Shown: piece after piece, positions 11,766 to 25,021 of the stretch
Layout of the letters: every line of letters starts with the position of its first letter
How positions within the stretch are numbered: the first letter of the stretch is position 1
Assembly: GCA_002269645.1 (NCBI GenBank)
Contig: NIVC01002705.1
Span: 84,490-148,489, forward strand
DNA from: Macrostomum lignano
Taxonomy: Eukaryota
Direction of reading: 5' to 3'
DNA: 64,000 nucleotides
Position numbers and translations under genes: made by a program
The notes under the pieces: generated by a model
The model's database searches: none
What the model saw: only the letters and a program-made list of their open reading frames with translations
What the model was told of the DNA's origin: nothing

Positions 11766-12110
11766 CTACCCCCGATTCGCCGATTCCCGATTTGCCGAAT
11801 TTCCTGATTCGCCGAATTTCCTGATTTGCCGAAATTCTTTATCGCTGCTCTGAAACTTTAAGAAATGCTTTAGTAGCATAAAGATATAATAAATGCTTTA
11901 GTAGAGTTTCTTGTTACAGTCAGTACTCAATCAAAAATAAAAAAAATAGCACGTCTCTGATGCGCCACAGTGGCCACATGATGGTCTTAATATACATACC
12001 CTGACCTGATGACCGACTTCCTCTCCACCCCATCAGTATCCCTCCCCGCCACCCATTCCATTTTATAATTCCATCCAATCAGGATAAGAATTTCGGCGAA
12101 TCGGGGTAAA
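11766..12110. mobile_element. Possible MITE-like element with inverted TACCCCGATTCGCCGA termini
   Basis: Motif near 11767 with local repeats to about 11840; inverted copy near 12090-12110; no TSD found. Confidence 0.4.
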
Positions 12111-13526
12111 CCGAATTGATTTGGAAGATTTAAGGCTCATTCACAGTTCACAATGCCAACTAGGAAACCCATCCCCGGGAAATTTTGATAAAACCCTCCC
12201 CGGGGAATTGTTTCGGGGACCCGGCGAAAATGGGAAAGTGAAGTAAGTATACACGGAAATGATGTAGCAACATTGTAAAACTGTTTGTCCTTAATTTTAA
12301 ATGACAATATTAATATTCAGGCTATTATAAACGCTAAAAATTATTCGTTTTTTTTTTGTTTGCAAGCGTGTGAGATCGAGATGTGATGTCTTTAGGATAG
12401 GACTGACTGTCTGCCCAGTGTCCACACGCAAATGCTAATTGAGAACTAAGAAAAAGCTTATAAGAACTGTGACAATAGCATAATGTCAATGACAATGAGT
12501 GTGACACTTAGCAATCAGCTTTCCAGGCTCCCGCAAGTAAATATTGTACTTATCAGTGGAATTATGCATCACTGACAGTCACAGATGATAAGAAAAGTCA
12601 TTGACACATACAGATACAGACAGGAGGCTGTTTGTTATAATTATAGCTCTCATTTAAAACTGGGATGTCATAAGAATTGAGAGCGATGTGTCATTCTCCG
12701 AAACCCTTTCCCAGGGAATTGGATTCCCTACTGCCATAGTGCCATATCAAATGAGCAACCAAATCACACGATCAATGTGCACAAATAAATCAGATCTGAT
12801 GTACAAGTTGCGTTATCACACGAAAGTTGACCATATTTGATGTGAAGTAACAAATTTACAGCTATTTAAGCATGTAAGACTCAGAGCGACAATTACACAG
12901 CGCCGGGTGCGTCGCCAGACTCGCCACCACGGATACTAGAACAACTAGATAGGCCACTCAGCACATTTGCGTGCCAGCTACTTTCAGTTCAGTAGTAAGT
13001 TAAACAGAAACATTCTAATGTATTTTTAAAGCCAAAGCTTATTTATTGGCTCTAACCCTTCCCAAGCTATTAAACCCTCAAACTCCTCATAGAACCTCTA
13101 CCCCCGGCCCGCGACCTAATTTATTACCTTCTTTGATTGTTCCGGCCTAAATCTGCCTTGTACATTTCAGTGGCTTATGTACATTTTGGCTGAACTAATT
13201 AGCAAGCTGTTTACGCCTGCAAGCTTGGGCTTCTAAACTTATCAAAGTCATTTCAGCTGCCGTTATTCTTATAAAATAGCTTATATATTATTCTTTGCTA
13301 CTGAACTGAAATTAGAAAGCTGTTTTGCCAAGTATATATGCCAGAGTGGACCATCTAGTTATTATAGTATCTGTGGTCGCCACCTGGGGGGAGAGGGGAC
13401 ATGTCCCCTCCATTAAAAGCTATGGGGGGGACAGGTCTATGCTTTGTGTCTCCCCATCCACCTTGTGACTAGTTGTGGTAATCGATAATGTTTCTTTAAA
13501 GCGCCAAAATATAGCGCCTTCGCCGA

Positions 13527-14915
13527 CAAAATGAGTGCCTGAGGAGCTAAAATGAGTGCCTGCAGCGCTAAAATGTGCCTGCGGCGCTAAAATGAGTGTC
13601 AGCAGCGCTAAAATGAGTGCCTGCGGCGCTAAAATGAGTGCCTGCGGAGCTAAAATGAGTGCCTGCGGCGCTAAAATGAGTGTCTGCGGCGCTAAAATGA
13701 GTGCCTGCGGCGCTAAAATGAGTACCTGCGGTGCTAAAATGAGTGCCTGCGGCGCTAAAATGAGTGTCAGCAGCGCTAAAATGAGTGTCAGCAGCGCTAA
13801 AATGAGTGCCTGCGGCGCTAAAATGAGTGTCAGCAGCGCTAAAATGAGTGCCTGCGGCGCTAAAATGAGTGCCTGCGGCGCTAAAATGAGTGCCTGCGGC
13901 GCTAAAATGAGTGTCTGCGGCGCTAAAATGAGTGCCTGCGGCGCTAAAATGAGTGCCTGCGGCGCTAAAATGAGTGCCTGCAGCGCTAAAATGTGCCTGC
14001 GGCGCTAAAATGAGTGCCTGAGGAGCTAAAATGAGTGCCTGCAGCGCTAAAATGTGCCTGCGGCGCTAAAATGAGTGCCTGAGGAGCTAAAATGAGTGCC
14101 TGCAGCGCTAAAATGTGCCTGCGGCGCTAAAATGAGTGTCAGCAGCGCTAAAATGAGTGCCTGCGGCTCTAAAATGAGTGTCTGCGGCGCTAAAATGAGT
14201 GCCTGCGGAGCTAAAATGAGTGTCTGCGGCGCTAAAATGAGTGCATGCGGCGCTAAAATGAGTGCCTGTGGCGCTAAAATGAGTGCATGCGGCGCTAAAA
14301 TGAGTGTCAGCAGCGCTAAAATGAGTGTCTGCGGCGCTAAAATGAGTGCCTGCGGCGCTAAAATGAGTGCCTGCGGCGCTAAAATGAGTGCATGCGGCGC
14401 TAAAATGAGTGCCTGCGGCGCCAAAATGAGTGCATGCGGCGCTAAAATGAGTGTCTGCAGCGCTAAAAGAAGTGTCTGCGGCGCTAAAATGAGTGCCTGC
14501 AGCGCTAAAATGTGCCTGCGGCGCTAAAATGAGTGTCAGCAGCGCTAAAATGAGTGCCTGCGGCGCTAAAATGAGTGCCTGCGGCGCTAAAATGAGTGCC
14601 TGCAGCGCTAAAATGAGTGCCTGCGGCGCTAAAATGAGTGCATGCGGCGCTAAAATGAGTGCCTGCGGCGCTAAAATGAGTGTCTGCAGCGCTAAAAGAA
14701 GTGTCTGCGGCGCTAAAATGAGTGCCTGCAGCGCTAAAAGAAGTGTCTGCGGCGCTAAAATGAGTGCATGCGGTGCTAAAATGAGTGTCAGCAGCGCTAA
14801 AATGAGTGCCTGCGGCGCTAAAATGAGTGCATGCGGCGCTAAAATGAGTGCCTGCGGCGCTAAAATGAGTGCATGCGGCGCTAAAAGGAGTGCCTGCAGC
14901 GCCAAAATGAGCGCT
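13527..14915. repeat. 21-bp minisatellite (GCGCTAAAATGAGTGCCTGCG)n
   Basis: About 65 units read directly. Confidence 0.97.
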
Positions 14916-16659
14916 GACAACATGATTCTCAAAAGAATGGAAATTTAGGAGGACTTTAGTCATGTACATGTGTGCATGTTGAATTTTTGGCTTTGTCTTA
15001 CCCACCATAAAATCCATGGGACGCCCCTGCACGACGTACCAAGCATCGTTTAGAGACTCCGAATGCAGTTTTTATTACAATATTATGTAATTAAATATAG
15101 AATTTATGCTACTGTAATTATTGTAAAGTCCACTTACTTCGTGTATACTATTACAGACCTATAATTCGTTCCTGACGTTTCGCCTTCATTTAGCTAGTGT
15201 GTGCAATGCACTTTAGTTTTCTATAGACCATTCCGTGTGTCTGGTTGAGGTAAGAGTAAAGTTATACTTGCTTGCTGAGTTAAGTCAGTTAGGCACGCAG
15301 CATATTCAAATGCAAGCAAATTTTATGAATTTATTAGCAAGTACAGACAGACCCGCACACCCTGGCAGTCGCAGACCACACACTGTGTGCCTGTCTGAGC
15401 ACTGGTGAGTGCATGTCTTTCCAAAAAATTCTCTTACTTCTCATTTCGACACGAAATCAACAGGTAATTACTTATTTCCTGCTGGTGTTATTGTAAGTAG
15501 TATTGTATGCAAATTGTATGCCATGTTTTCTATTTCATTGCGGTACCAATGAGGTAAAGTTAAAAAACAATAGATACATGTAAACTAATCAGCAAGCATA
15601 GATAAATGTAAACCAACTTGCACAATATAGCCTTATTCTTCTACTGTTAGTACTTATAGTAAGTGGAACATTTTATTTCTTTTCTTACTATTAGACTGCT
15701 CATTTAAAAGAAAAAAAAATTAATTTGGATGCGATGAAATTTAAATGGAAAACTATTATTGTGTCTCATTGAACTTGAATTCTAGTTAGAAAAATAATTG
15801 AGTTGTCCTTGAGCTGTACCGCAACACACGGGTGTATATGAGTCTTACAAGACAGGCATTGTATACGTGAACGAGGGAGCAAAATGACAAAATCATGAGA
15901 ACGGGTGACTTACTCTCTAATGCCTCATCTCTCTTTGGACTGCCAACCTGCGTTCGTGATATCATGGAGAGCCTCATTTCGTCTTAATTATCCCTCATAG
16001 ATGATGGCTCGATACGAGTTTCTCTCCTACTAAATCTTAATCTTCTCCTCCAGCGTTCAATCCAATTAACTTGAGAAGCACTTTGCACTTGTACCGTAAA
16101 ATGGCTTCTTTAAAACCTTACCAACGAATTCTTGCTTTTTCTTGAAGTTATTCAAGGACGTATCCAGCCCCAGATTGCAGATCCTTCTGTAAGTTTCTGA
16201 GTCAGCATTCAGTGCAGTTTGGTTAAAGTTCATTAATTAATTTCGGGAAAAGTTCCAGAAAAAGTCGTCCGATGACTTCATAAAATCTTCATTTTCCGGG
16301 ATCAGAAATTCTCGGGATTGTTAGGACCCGAAATTCGGGACCCCGGGATTACAAAAGTCCGGGAAATCGGGAGGACTTCCTCGACTCAGCGTGCGGCTTT
16401 TCCGATTGCTTGAAAAAATTCCTATTCGAGGCCCTGAGAAAACTACCTTATTAGGATTCCCAGCCAGGTCAGTCAGCCATCGGACGCCTGGACTGCCTAC
16501 CGACAATCGATCCTGCTTATCTCTGGCGCTGTTCAACCAGCAGATAACGACAAGCTCGCCTTAATGAGGCACGTTGCTGAGGTGTTCTTGTAGCCCCTTA
16601 CTGTACCTCCGGCGTATCGAATGACACCAATTCTTATAGGCTTAATTCGGGTCCACCCC

Positions 16660-17225
16660 AACTGCCAGCCGGAAAACTGCCAGCCGGAAAACTGCCAGCC
16701 GGAAAACTGCCAACCGACAACTGCCAGCCGGAAAACTGCCAGCCGACAACTGCCAGCCGACAACTGCCAGCCGGAAAACTGCCAGCAGACAATTGCCAGC
16801 TGACAACTGCCAGCCGGAAAACTGCCAGCCGACAACTGCCAGCCGACAACTGCCAGCCGACAACTGCCAGCCGGAAAACTGCCAGCCGACAACTGCCAGC
16901 TGACAACTGCCAGCTGATAACTGCCAGCCGACAACTGCCAGCCGACAACTGCCAGCCGACAACTGCCAGCCGACAATTGCCAGCTGACAACTGCCAGCTG
17001 ATAACTGCCAGCCGACAACTGCCAGCCGACAACTGCCAGCCGACAACTGCCAGCCGACAACTGCCAGCCGACAACTGCCAGCCGACAACTGCCAGCCGAC
17101 AACTGCCAGCCGGAAAACTGCCAGCCGACAACTGCCAGCTGACAACTGCCAGCTGACAACTGCCAGCCGACAACTGCCAGCCGACAACTGCCAGCCGACA
17201 ACTGCCAGCCGACAACTGCCAGCCG
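16660..17225. repeat. Expanded subterminal array (GCCGACAACTGCCA / GCCGGAAAACTGCCA)n inside the MULE left end
   Basis: About 40 units on the left versus about 5 inverted units at 19110-19185. Confidence 0.95.
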
Positions 17226-18315
17226 GACAAGTGCTAGCTGGAGTACCACTAATATTAATGCAGACAGCTGTAAGAAATAGAGCTCGGACTACGTCATCCG
17301 TGCCGAAAGCTACTGCCCCAACCTGTCCAGGACGTCCTGCTCACCATGCAGGTCCTGTTCAGACGGGGCCAGGCTCAAACTCAGCGATATGTGGACTCAC
17401 TGGACTGCCTGCTGTGCAACGCCAATGCGCTGGACACCGCCGGCGGGTGGACTTCGTTCTCTTGCTAGCCCTGCGGCGAGCCATTGGACACTGCCTCTAT
17501 TTCTGTAACTCTTGGGCTAATGTAATTTATTGTTCATGTTGTTTCTATAGTTTCCTTTTAATAAAACTGAAGTGTGACTAACAGAATTTATCTGAATTCG
17601 ATCGAATTTTGCTGACCTACAAAGCTTTGCTTGGCTTATTTGCTATATGAAATTTAAAGACTAACAAAACAACAGATCATGTTCATGTTCATGATCTTCT
17701 CATGTTTAATGCAAAATAAAAAAGGAACGAAACAATTATAACAGGAAAATAGTAGAATTTATTTCTGATAGCTTATCAGCAAATGCGCCCGCTAACTGCG
17801 TCGGCAAAGTGTGCAGTAAAATAAAAGCTGGCCAATGAAAAATAGGTGCAATTTTACTATAATAAAACAGCATATTTTTGCAACTGCATTAATTATCGCA
17901 TTTTAGAAGTAATGCAAAATTAATTAGCTTCGTACCGTCAAAACAAAAAACGTCTAATTGCACCGGCACTAAAACTGTCTGTAAATTACTAGCTGTCTCA
18001 TTTTTTTATTTCTTCTTACACCTTATCAGTCTATGGTTTCATAGTTTTGTCGTACTTTAGAAGTTGCTAAACTGAGAGTAAACTGTTTTTGTTAAAGTTT
18101 TATTGGGGCTTTATTTTCTGCTAGCATTCTAAAAAACATTAAATAATAGTAGAATAGCTCTTGGGATGACTTGATGCGCCAAACTTAAGCTAAGTCCTAA
18201 ATAACAGAGTACGAAAACAAATAAAAAACAAAATTAGTCAGCATTCGATGCAAATAACATGTAACAACCCGTTGTCTGTTCAGGTCACACATGATTGAAG
18301 AACCATAAAAATGAG

Positions 18316-18564
18316 TTACTTCTTCAAATGATGAGCAATGCCACGTAGGAATGACCGGAGTGGGAAGTCTACTGGCAGACCACCATTCGCCTCATCCCAT
18401 CGCTGGGCAACGCGAAGAACGTTAGCGTTGCTCCGGGCATACTTACTTCTGATGATTGGTGCCTCCCCAGCTGCAGCTCGCTGCATGGGCAATTGCTGGT
18501 GGTCCATCTCCTGCTTCAGGTGTCCAAGCAACTTGAAAAGCTGTGGGTTGTTGCAAAGAGGCAT
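18316..18564 (-). pseudogene. MULE transposase C-terminal fragment
   Basis: NPQLFKLLGHLKQE...RSKY...FLRGIAHHL resembles the animal MULE tail (HPNIWKFI..LK.E...LDYLRGIAHNL), recalled from family knowledge; in-frame stop just upstream. Confidence 0.65.
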
Positions 18565-19671
18565 TCAGGATCTAGCTAGAAAGTAGACAGTTTTGTTTAC
18601 TATTTTTTAAATCAGTTTATTATTCAGCAAAAGCAAGTAGCCATTGCATTGTTACAGAAATCAGTTAGCCCAGCTACAAGTTGTTTTGTTTTATCGCCAA
18701 CAAAAGTTTGTAAGCTTGTGCGGCATGTGCGCGAATTATCAGAGCTGGCAACTTTCGGCTCCTGCACGAACATCTTGGTTCAAATTTCGTATTTTAGGTA
18801 GCCTTTGCTCTTTCTTTGAAAGCTTTATTTAAGTAAAGTAATTTAATAGACTTTTCTAGGATTGCGTCATATAGCAATCGCAATCGCAAATTAAATAGAA
18901 AAGTAAATGAACTTTCAATACAGAAATATTTACAATAGGCATTACAGAATGCCTTCTCTTTCACATATACACTTCTAATGGAAATCTGAAAAAATTAGGG
19001 AAGGGAAGAGCGACATTTAAGGCTACCCCACAAGCCTTTTGCTAGCCAAACAGTTTCGTGCTTTTTACTTAGCTAATAAGTAGGCTACAGTAGATTCAAT
19101 TAGCTAGAACTTGTCGGCTGGCAGTTGTCGGCTGGCAGTTGTCGGCTGGCAGTTGTCGACTGGCAGTTTTCCGGCTGGCAGTTGGGGTGCTCCCGCTTAA
19201 TTCAGATTCGATAATCAGCACGCGAAAAACAGGATTTAGAAATGTTTGTTCAGCAGTAAGCATGGGTCTGTGTGATTGTCAGATAAAATAATTAAGCTAA
19301 TGCTCATCATTCTTCCTATTAGAATTTGGATCTTCTAAACTACTTTCTCCTCCAGGTATTGTCACTGACCTCTGTGTGGTGGAAAAATGTGCCCAGGGGC
19401 ACAGGGGGCAGGGCCACATGTCAATCATTATTCGATGCGGCGTCATGCAGCTTTCGAACAGCATGCATGGTGTCCAGGTATAACCTCGATGGCTACAGGA
19501 TAATGAACTACCGCTTTTGACTGCATGCTGTTTTTGCAGTCTCTGGCATTGGCAACTGTATAGGTAATGAATCTATGTAGGTTTTAGGGTATAGGGGAAC
19601 TTTTGAATCTAATAGCCGGACCGCAGCTTGTTCAGTCAGTCTGCCAAGTAGCATGAGGACAACTTAGGCAG

Positions 19672-19858
<187 letters not shown>

Positions 19859-20962
19859 GGCAGATATTTCATACCCAGTGTTACCTGTTCTCGAAATCGT
19901 GGCCCTTTGAACAACGGACAAGGACAGTTGCAAGGAGTTCAGTTGTCCTTGGACAGTTTGCTACCTTTTAATGCTTTTTAGGCAGCAAAAGCGGATGGCG
20001 AACCTATTTGACGTCATGCAGCTTCCTTTCCTGCAGTGAGCTAATTTGGGATTGATCTGAGCGCAATCATAAAAAATAGGCAGAAAATACTGAAGCCGAT
20101 TTCCACGAAATGTTTATGGTATACCTACCGTACACTAAACGACATTTATGCGATCGATCGGTTTAAGCAAGAACAGGGTTTATCTGCTACTCTGACCACG
20201 ATAAGATCTGCAAGTTTCTGAGGCTATAAGTTATAAAAATGTGCCAGGTGCAACCGGAAGCAGAAAAAAATGCTGTTCCGACGCAAGGTCAAAGGTTTCC
20301 ACATCAATCATGGATTGTCTTTGCCCAGTCTGTCGATATGCTGCAACCCTAGTAATGTGTAAAGTTACAATTTAGAGTATTGAGCCCTTTTGCGACTAAA
20401 TGAAGTTTCGTGTATGACACCTTTTTTGCTTACTCGTAGCAACACCAAGCTTTTTACAAGCCGGTGTAGAAAATCAGCTTCTCAAATGTGTTTGAAAACC
20501 AGCTGTTCACTGAAGTTACTTGACTTCAGAACCGAAAGAAGAGTTTGAAGTTTACCTAAAACATAATACCCCGATGCATACTAAGAAAGAATAAGTATTT
20601 CCAATCAAAATGGTTGCTGTTTCGAGTTGTGCCAGTGCGAGAGAACTGAAGCAAAGTGGCAGTTCACGGGATTGATAAAATTGATTAGCACTTATTTAGT
20701 GACAGAAACTGACTATACTTCTGCTTTAAAAATAGGAATACCGAAAAACTTACAGTGATTGAAATACTCGTAGATTTCCTGTGGCGAATTTGACAGCTCT
20801 GGCAGGCCGTGGGCGGTGTGACAGGCCGGGACCGCGTCACCTGCAGCGGCACCAGCGGCACCATAAATGAGAGCCCAGCGACCGAGCCCGAGACCCAATC
20901 AGCAACTCAACCCAGCAGCCAGTTTCAAGAAGCCAGCAACCAAAGCACCCAGCTCAGCAGCC

Positions 20963-21250
20963 ATGTGCAAGCTCGTCTGCCTGTTCGCTCTCGTGGCCTT
21001 CGCCGCCGCCGCCTACACTCCGGAGCAGAAGAACGAGGTCGTGAACGACATCATTCACGAGGTCGTTCCCGTGCTCAGCATCGACACCAACTGCCTGCTG
21101 CAGAATGGCATCGACTCCGTGATGTGCCTGGTGACCAACCTGATCACCTGCTTCTTCTCCAGCGGCACCAACATCAGCCAGCTGGCCACCTGCCTGGCCA
21201 GCAAGTGCGGTGGCAACGCCATCCAGATCATCAGCTGCATCAAGCTGTAA
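20963..21250 (+). CDS. 95-aa secreted cysteine-rich protein, intronless
   Basis: GCCATG start; signal peptide MCKLVCLFALVAFAAAA; six Cys in the mature part; very high GC3; TATA-like CATAAAT near 20862. Confidence 0.85.
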   Translation: MCKLVCLFALVAFAAAAYTPEQKNEVVNDIIHEVVPVLSIDTNCLLQNGIDSVMCLVTNLITCFFSSGTNISQLATCLASKCGGNAIQIISCIKL

Positions 21251-22099
21251 ATGCTCGATAGCTTTATTTCAGATAGATTCCAAATACACTACTTGGCTTC
21301 CTTGCAATTCGAGATGTAACATCTACATCAATTAATAAGCTTTGTCAATTTAATCTTTATTTCTTAAGCTACAACTCAGAAGAATGGAGAGTAGGTGCTG
21401 CTTGTGTCGCTAATATTTTGGCAATGTTTGCATTAAGTATAGATGCGCTGCGCTCTTGTCATTAAGGAGTTGCGGTGCACCCTGGCGCAACGCATTTGGC
21501 GACATGGTCTCACAACCAGCGCTGAGGCAATTCTGCCCATTCCGCTGGCTCCTGAGCACACACAAGCGCGCCAATACTGTGCGCAGTAGCCCTTCTACCA
21601 TACTACCATGGTTAGCTGACCCGTCCGATAGCGCCCAAGAAAATTTCCGACACAAATGGAAAGTCAAGAAAGACAAGGACATGCATATAACTGAGCAAAC
21701 AGCAAGTGTTGAGCAAACATATTTATACTATATTCATATATTCATTCAAACTGCCCACAGTCCTTTCTATCTAATCAATATACCTAAATCTAGGCCTAAA
21801 TGTAAGCCAGGCTCACCGATAAGCACCTCTCAATAATGAGCAAATCCTCCTATTAGCCTTGTGAACACGCTAGCACAAGTCGAGCATAGCGCCGCAACAG
21901 CTAGCTTTGCTGTCTACATGAGCAGCTGAATTTAGAAATTTGCTCAGTTTCCACAAGATGCAGAGTCGCGTCGATACATAAGAACTGATTTCCACACGCA
22001 ACTTTGACGAACTTTGACCAAATCGCCTGTCAGTTCTTGGATTGGATTGTTGTGAAAAATAGGAACGAGTTTGCTACAAACAAGTCACCTCTTTTTCAG

Positions 22100-22371
22100 T
22101 AAGTGAATGAACTAATGGCAGATGTGCAACTGACAGCTCAGCCGCAGCTATTGCGCGGCGCATCTGAAGGCTGCGTACGGCTGTTCAGTCCAAGGACTTG
22201 GTGGAGGGGGTCGCCACCCATGCTGGCACCCATTTTACAGTTGGGGAATCTGAAGCAATGCAGAGTTAAGTGTCTTGCTCAAGGACACAGATTGTTTCAG
22301 TGGCATCGGGAATCGAACCCCCGACCTTCAGGTCGTGAGTCCGACGCTCTGACCACTAGGCTACAACCCCC
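22100..22371 (-). mobile_element. tRNA-derived CORE-type SINE
   Basis: Minus strand has Pol III A box TAGCCTAGTGG and B box GGTTCGATTCC, then a MIR-like CORE (plus strand CCCATTTTACAG...GTTAAGTGTCTTGCTCAAGGACACAG, about 22229-22290) and a simple-repeat tail. Confidence 0.8.
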
Positions 22372-22793
22372 TACTAAGTAAGTAAGTATACAACCGTAAT
22401 TATCTTTCCAACTGGACTAGACTAAGCCAGCCTGCGTGCGCTAACCACAAGTGTCTGAAAAAGCAGCGTTGTGTTGCAAAAGGTGAAAGCTACGGGGCCA
22501 GAGAGAAAGAGCCATGAAAGCAAAGCGCCAAACTAAGGGCGGCATTGAATTTCAGCTATTTTTGTCTTAACTTTTTCCTTCTTTCTGCTTCCCCTCTGTC
22601 TTCTTCAACAGGATTGGCCGCCGCTGCCATTGGTCCCCTTGACGTCGCCAGAGTCAGTGCAGAGCTCGAAGAGTCCCTAGCCGTCAGCTATATCTGGCTG
22701 TAATCGGCAATAGGGGCGGAGCTTCCGAGAGCCGCGACCATCAAGTTCAGTACCTAGACACCGACAGCGAAGCCAAACTCAGTCTCAGCACCA

Positions 22794-24109
22794 ATGTCCT
22801 GTCTGAACCAGAGCTGGCACAGCATGCAACAGCCGGGCGGGAGCACCCAACTGGCTCTGGGCGCAGTAACTTGCGCTGTGATGTCACTAATCACCTTGGA
22901 GACCGTTGCCGGCAATCTACTGGTGATCGCATCCGTGATGAAATTCCGCAGACTGCACTCCCGCAACTGCTTCCTGCTGCTGGCCTCGCTAGCCTCTGCC
23001 GACGTCGCCATCGGGCTGCTGGTGATGCCCTACTCGGCGCTGTACAGTTTCCTCGGCTGCTGGCCGCTCGGCGACTTCTACTGCAAATTCTTTCTCTCGG
23101 CCGACATCATGTGCTGCACGTCCAGCATCCTGCACCTGTGCCTCATCAGTCTGGACCGCTACATTGCCGTTACAAGTCCGCTGCACTACAAGTCCGCCGT
23201 TCGACCCCGCCGGATTTGGGCCGCCGTGGCCTTCGTCTGGTCAATCAGCATCGGCCTGAGCTTCGGCCCGGTGTTCTCCGGCACCTTCAGCTTTGAGCAG
23301 CGCATCGGCTCGGCTGCTGTCCCGTCCGCAGCTGAGAACGCGACCGCAAACGTCCCCGGGCAGTGCCAAATGTCCGTCAACCGTATCTATGCCGTGGTCT
23401 CTGCGCTGACCTCGTTCTTCCTGCCGCTGCTGGTGATGACCGCAGCCTACATCCGGGTGCACCGCATCGCCGCCGATCACTCGCAGGTCACCAGGCAAAG
23501 GAAGGCGGCCGCATCAGCCGGGACAGCTTCCGCCGCCGTGTCTCGCCAGATTAACAGCGAGTCCAAGGCTACTAAGACGCTTGGGCTGATTTTGGGTGAG
23601 TGCCGACTTGCATCGTGTCTTTTTTGATGAATGGAAACCATGTCATTAGCACGGTTTCAAAGACAACTCAGCACCAAGATCACGCTATCAACATCGCAGG
23701 CTGCTTCTACGCCTGCTGGTTCCCGTTCTTCCTGATGTACATCGCCTGCCCGTTCACGCTGGACAACTGCTCCGGCCTGCCAGCCTGGGCGGTCACCCTG
23801 ATCACGTGGATCGGGTACGCCAACTCGGGCATCAACCCGCTGCTCTACGGCTCCAACCAGCGCGAATTCCGCCTGGCCTACCTGCGCCTGCTCGGCTGCC
23901 GTCGCGAGTCCGACCTGCGCTACCTGCGGTCGGACAGGCGCACCGCGCTCAGCTTGTACCGGCGCACCGCCGCCGGGCTGAGGCCGACTGGCACTGCCGA
24001 CCTGCAGCTGCGTCGGGCCGCCGTCATCGCCGCCTGGGGTGTCGGCGCTACCCGGGTGCCGGCGGCGACAACTTCCATGGCGGCTAACAGCGGAGAGACT
24101 GCAGTCTGA
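22794..24109 (+). CDS. Class A biogenic-amine GPCR, 403 aa (octopamine-beta/D1/5-HT4/H2-like group)
   Basis: Exons 22794-23595 and 23700-24109 (GTGAGT/CAG, phase 1). TM3 DIMCCTSSILHL, SLDRY, TM5 serines, KATKTLGLILG, CWFPFF, NSGINPLLY; N-terminal NQS sequon. Confidence 0.93.
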
Positions 24110-24239
24110 CTAGCGAAGAGATTGACTGACTCTCTGACTAGCGGAGAGATTGACTGACCCTCTGACTAGCGGAGAGATTTACCGACCCTCTGTTGAATTA
24201 AATTTGCATTGGACTCTTGAAAACTCGATTGTCAGAATT

Positions 24240-25021
24240 GTCTATGGCTGATTGTAGCAGTACCCACGGCAAACTGCAGCTATGGTCTGTGGCAGATTGT
24301 AGCAGTACCCACGGCAGACTGCAGCTATGGTCTGTGGCAGATTGTAGCAGTACCCACGGCAAACTGCAGCTATATGGTCTATGGCTGATTGTAGCAGTAC
24401 CCACGGCAAACTGCAGCTATGGTCTGTGGCAGATTGTAGCAGTACCCACGGCAAACTGCAGCTATGGTCTGTGGCAGATTGTAGCAGTACCCACGGCAGA
24501 CTGCAGCTATGGTCTGTGGCAGATTGTAGCAGTACCCACGGCAAACTGCAGCTATATGGTCTATGGCTGATTGTAGCAGTACCCACGGCAAACTGCAGCT
24601 ATGGTCTGTGGCAGATTGTAGCAGTACCCACGGCAAACTGCAGTTATGGTCTGTGGCAGATTGTAGCAGTACCCACGGCAAACTGCAGTTATGGTCTGTG
24701 GCAGATTGTAGCAGTACCCACGGCAGACTGCAGCTATATGGTCTATGGCAGATTGTAGCAGTACCCACGGCAGACTGCAGCTATGGTCTGTGGCAGATTG
24801 TAGCAGTACCCACGGCAAACTGCAGCTATATGGTCTATGGCTGATTGTAGCAGTACCCACGGCAAACTGCAGCTATGGTCTGTGGCAGATTGTAGCAGTA
24901 CCCACGGCAAACTGCAGTTATGGTCTGTGGCAGATTGTAGCAGTACCCACGGCAGACTGCAGCTATATGGTCTATGGCAGATTGTAGCAGTACCCACGGC
25001 AGACTGCAGCTATGGTCTGTC
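24240..25021. repeat. 45/47-bp minisatellite with a partial 182-bp higher-order period
   Basis: Unit TATGGTCTGTGGCAGATTGTAGCAGTACCCACGGCAAACTGCAGC; the +TA variant recurs at 182-bp spacing in part of the array. Confidence 0.95.

Larger units (their letters stand above)
16649..19194 (-). mobile_element. Non-autonomous Mutator-like (MULE) DNA transposon
   Basis: Perfect 9-bp TSD GCTTAATTC (16640-16648, 19195-19203); TIR GGG[TC/AG]CACCCCAACTGCCAGCCGGAAAACTGCCAG; 14/15-bp subterminal repeats; transposase C-terminal fragment on the minus strand. Confidence 0.9.

Noticed and set aside
9800-13400. Hammerhead ribozyme of a Penelope-type element
   Set aside because: CTGATGA near 12007 has no matching GAAA or stem arrangement
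15340-16250. Isolated exon-like segments (GTGAGT donor near 15405 on +; GTAAGG and GTAAGT on -)
   Set aside because: Could not be joined into a consistent ORF with recognisable similarity
22300-22371. tRNA gene on the minus strand
   Set aside because: A and B boxes are present but there is no convincing cloverleaf or acceptor stem; it continues into a CORE domain, so it is a SINE head
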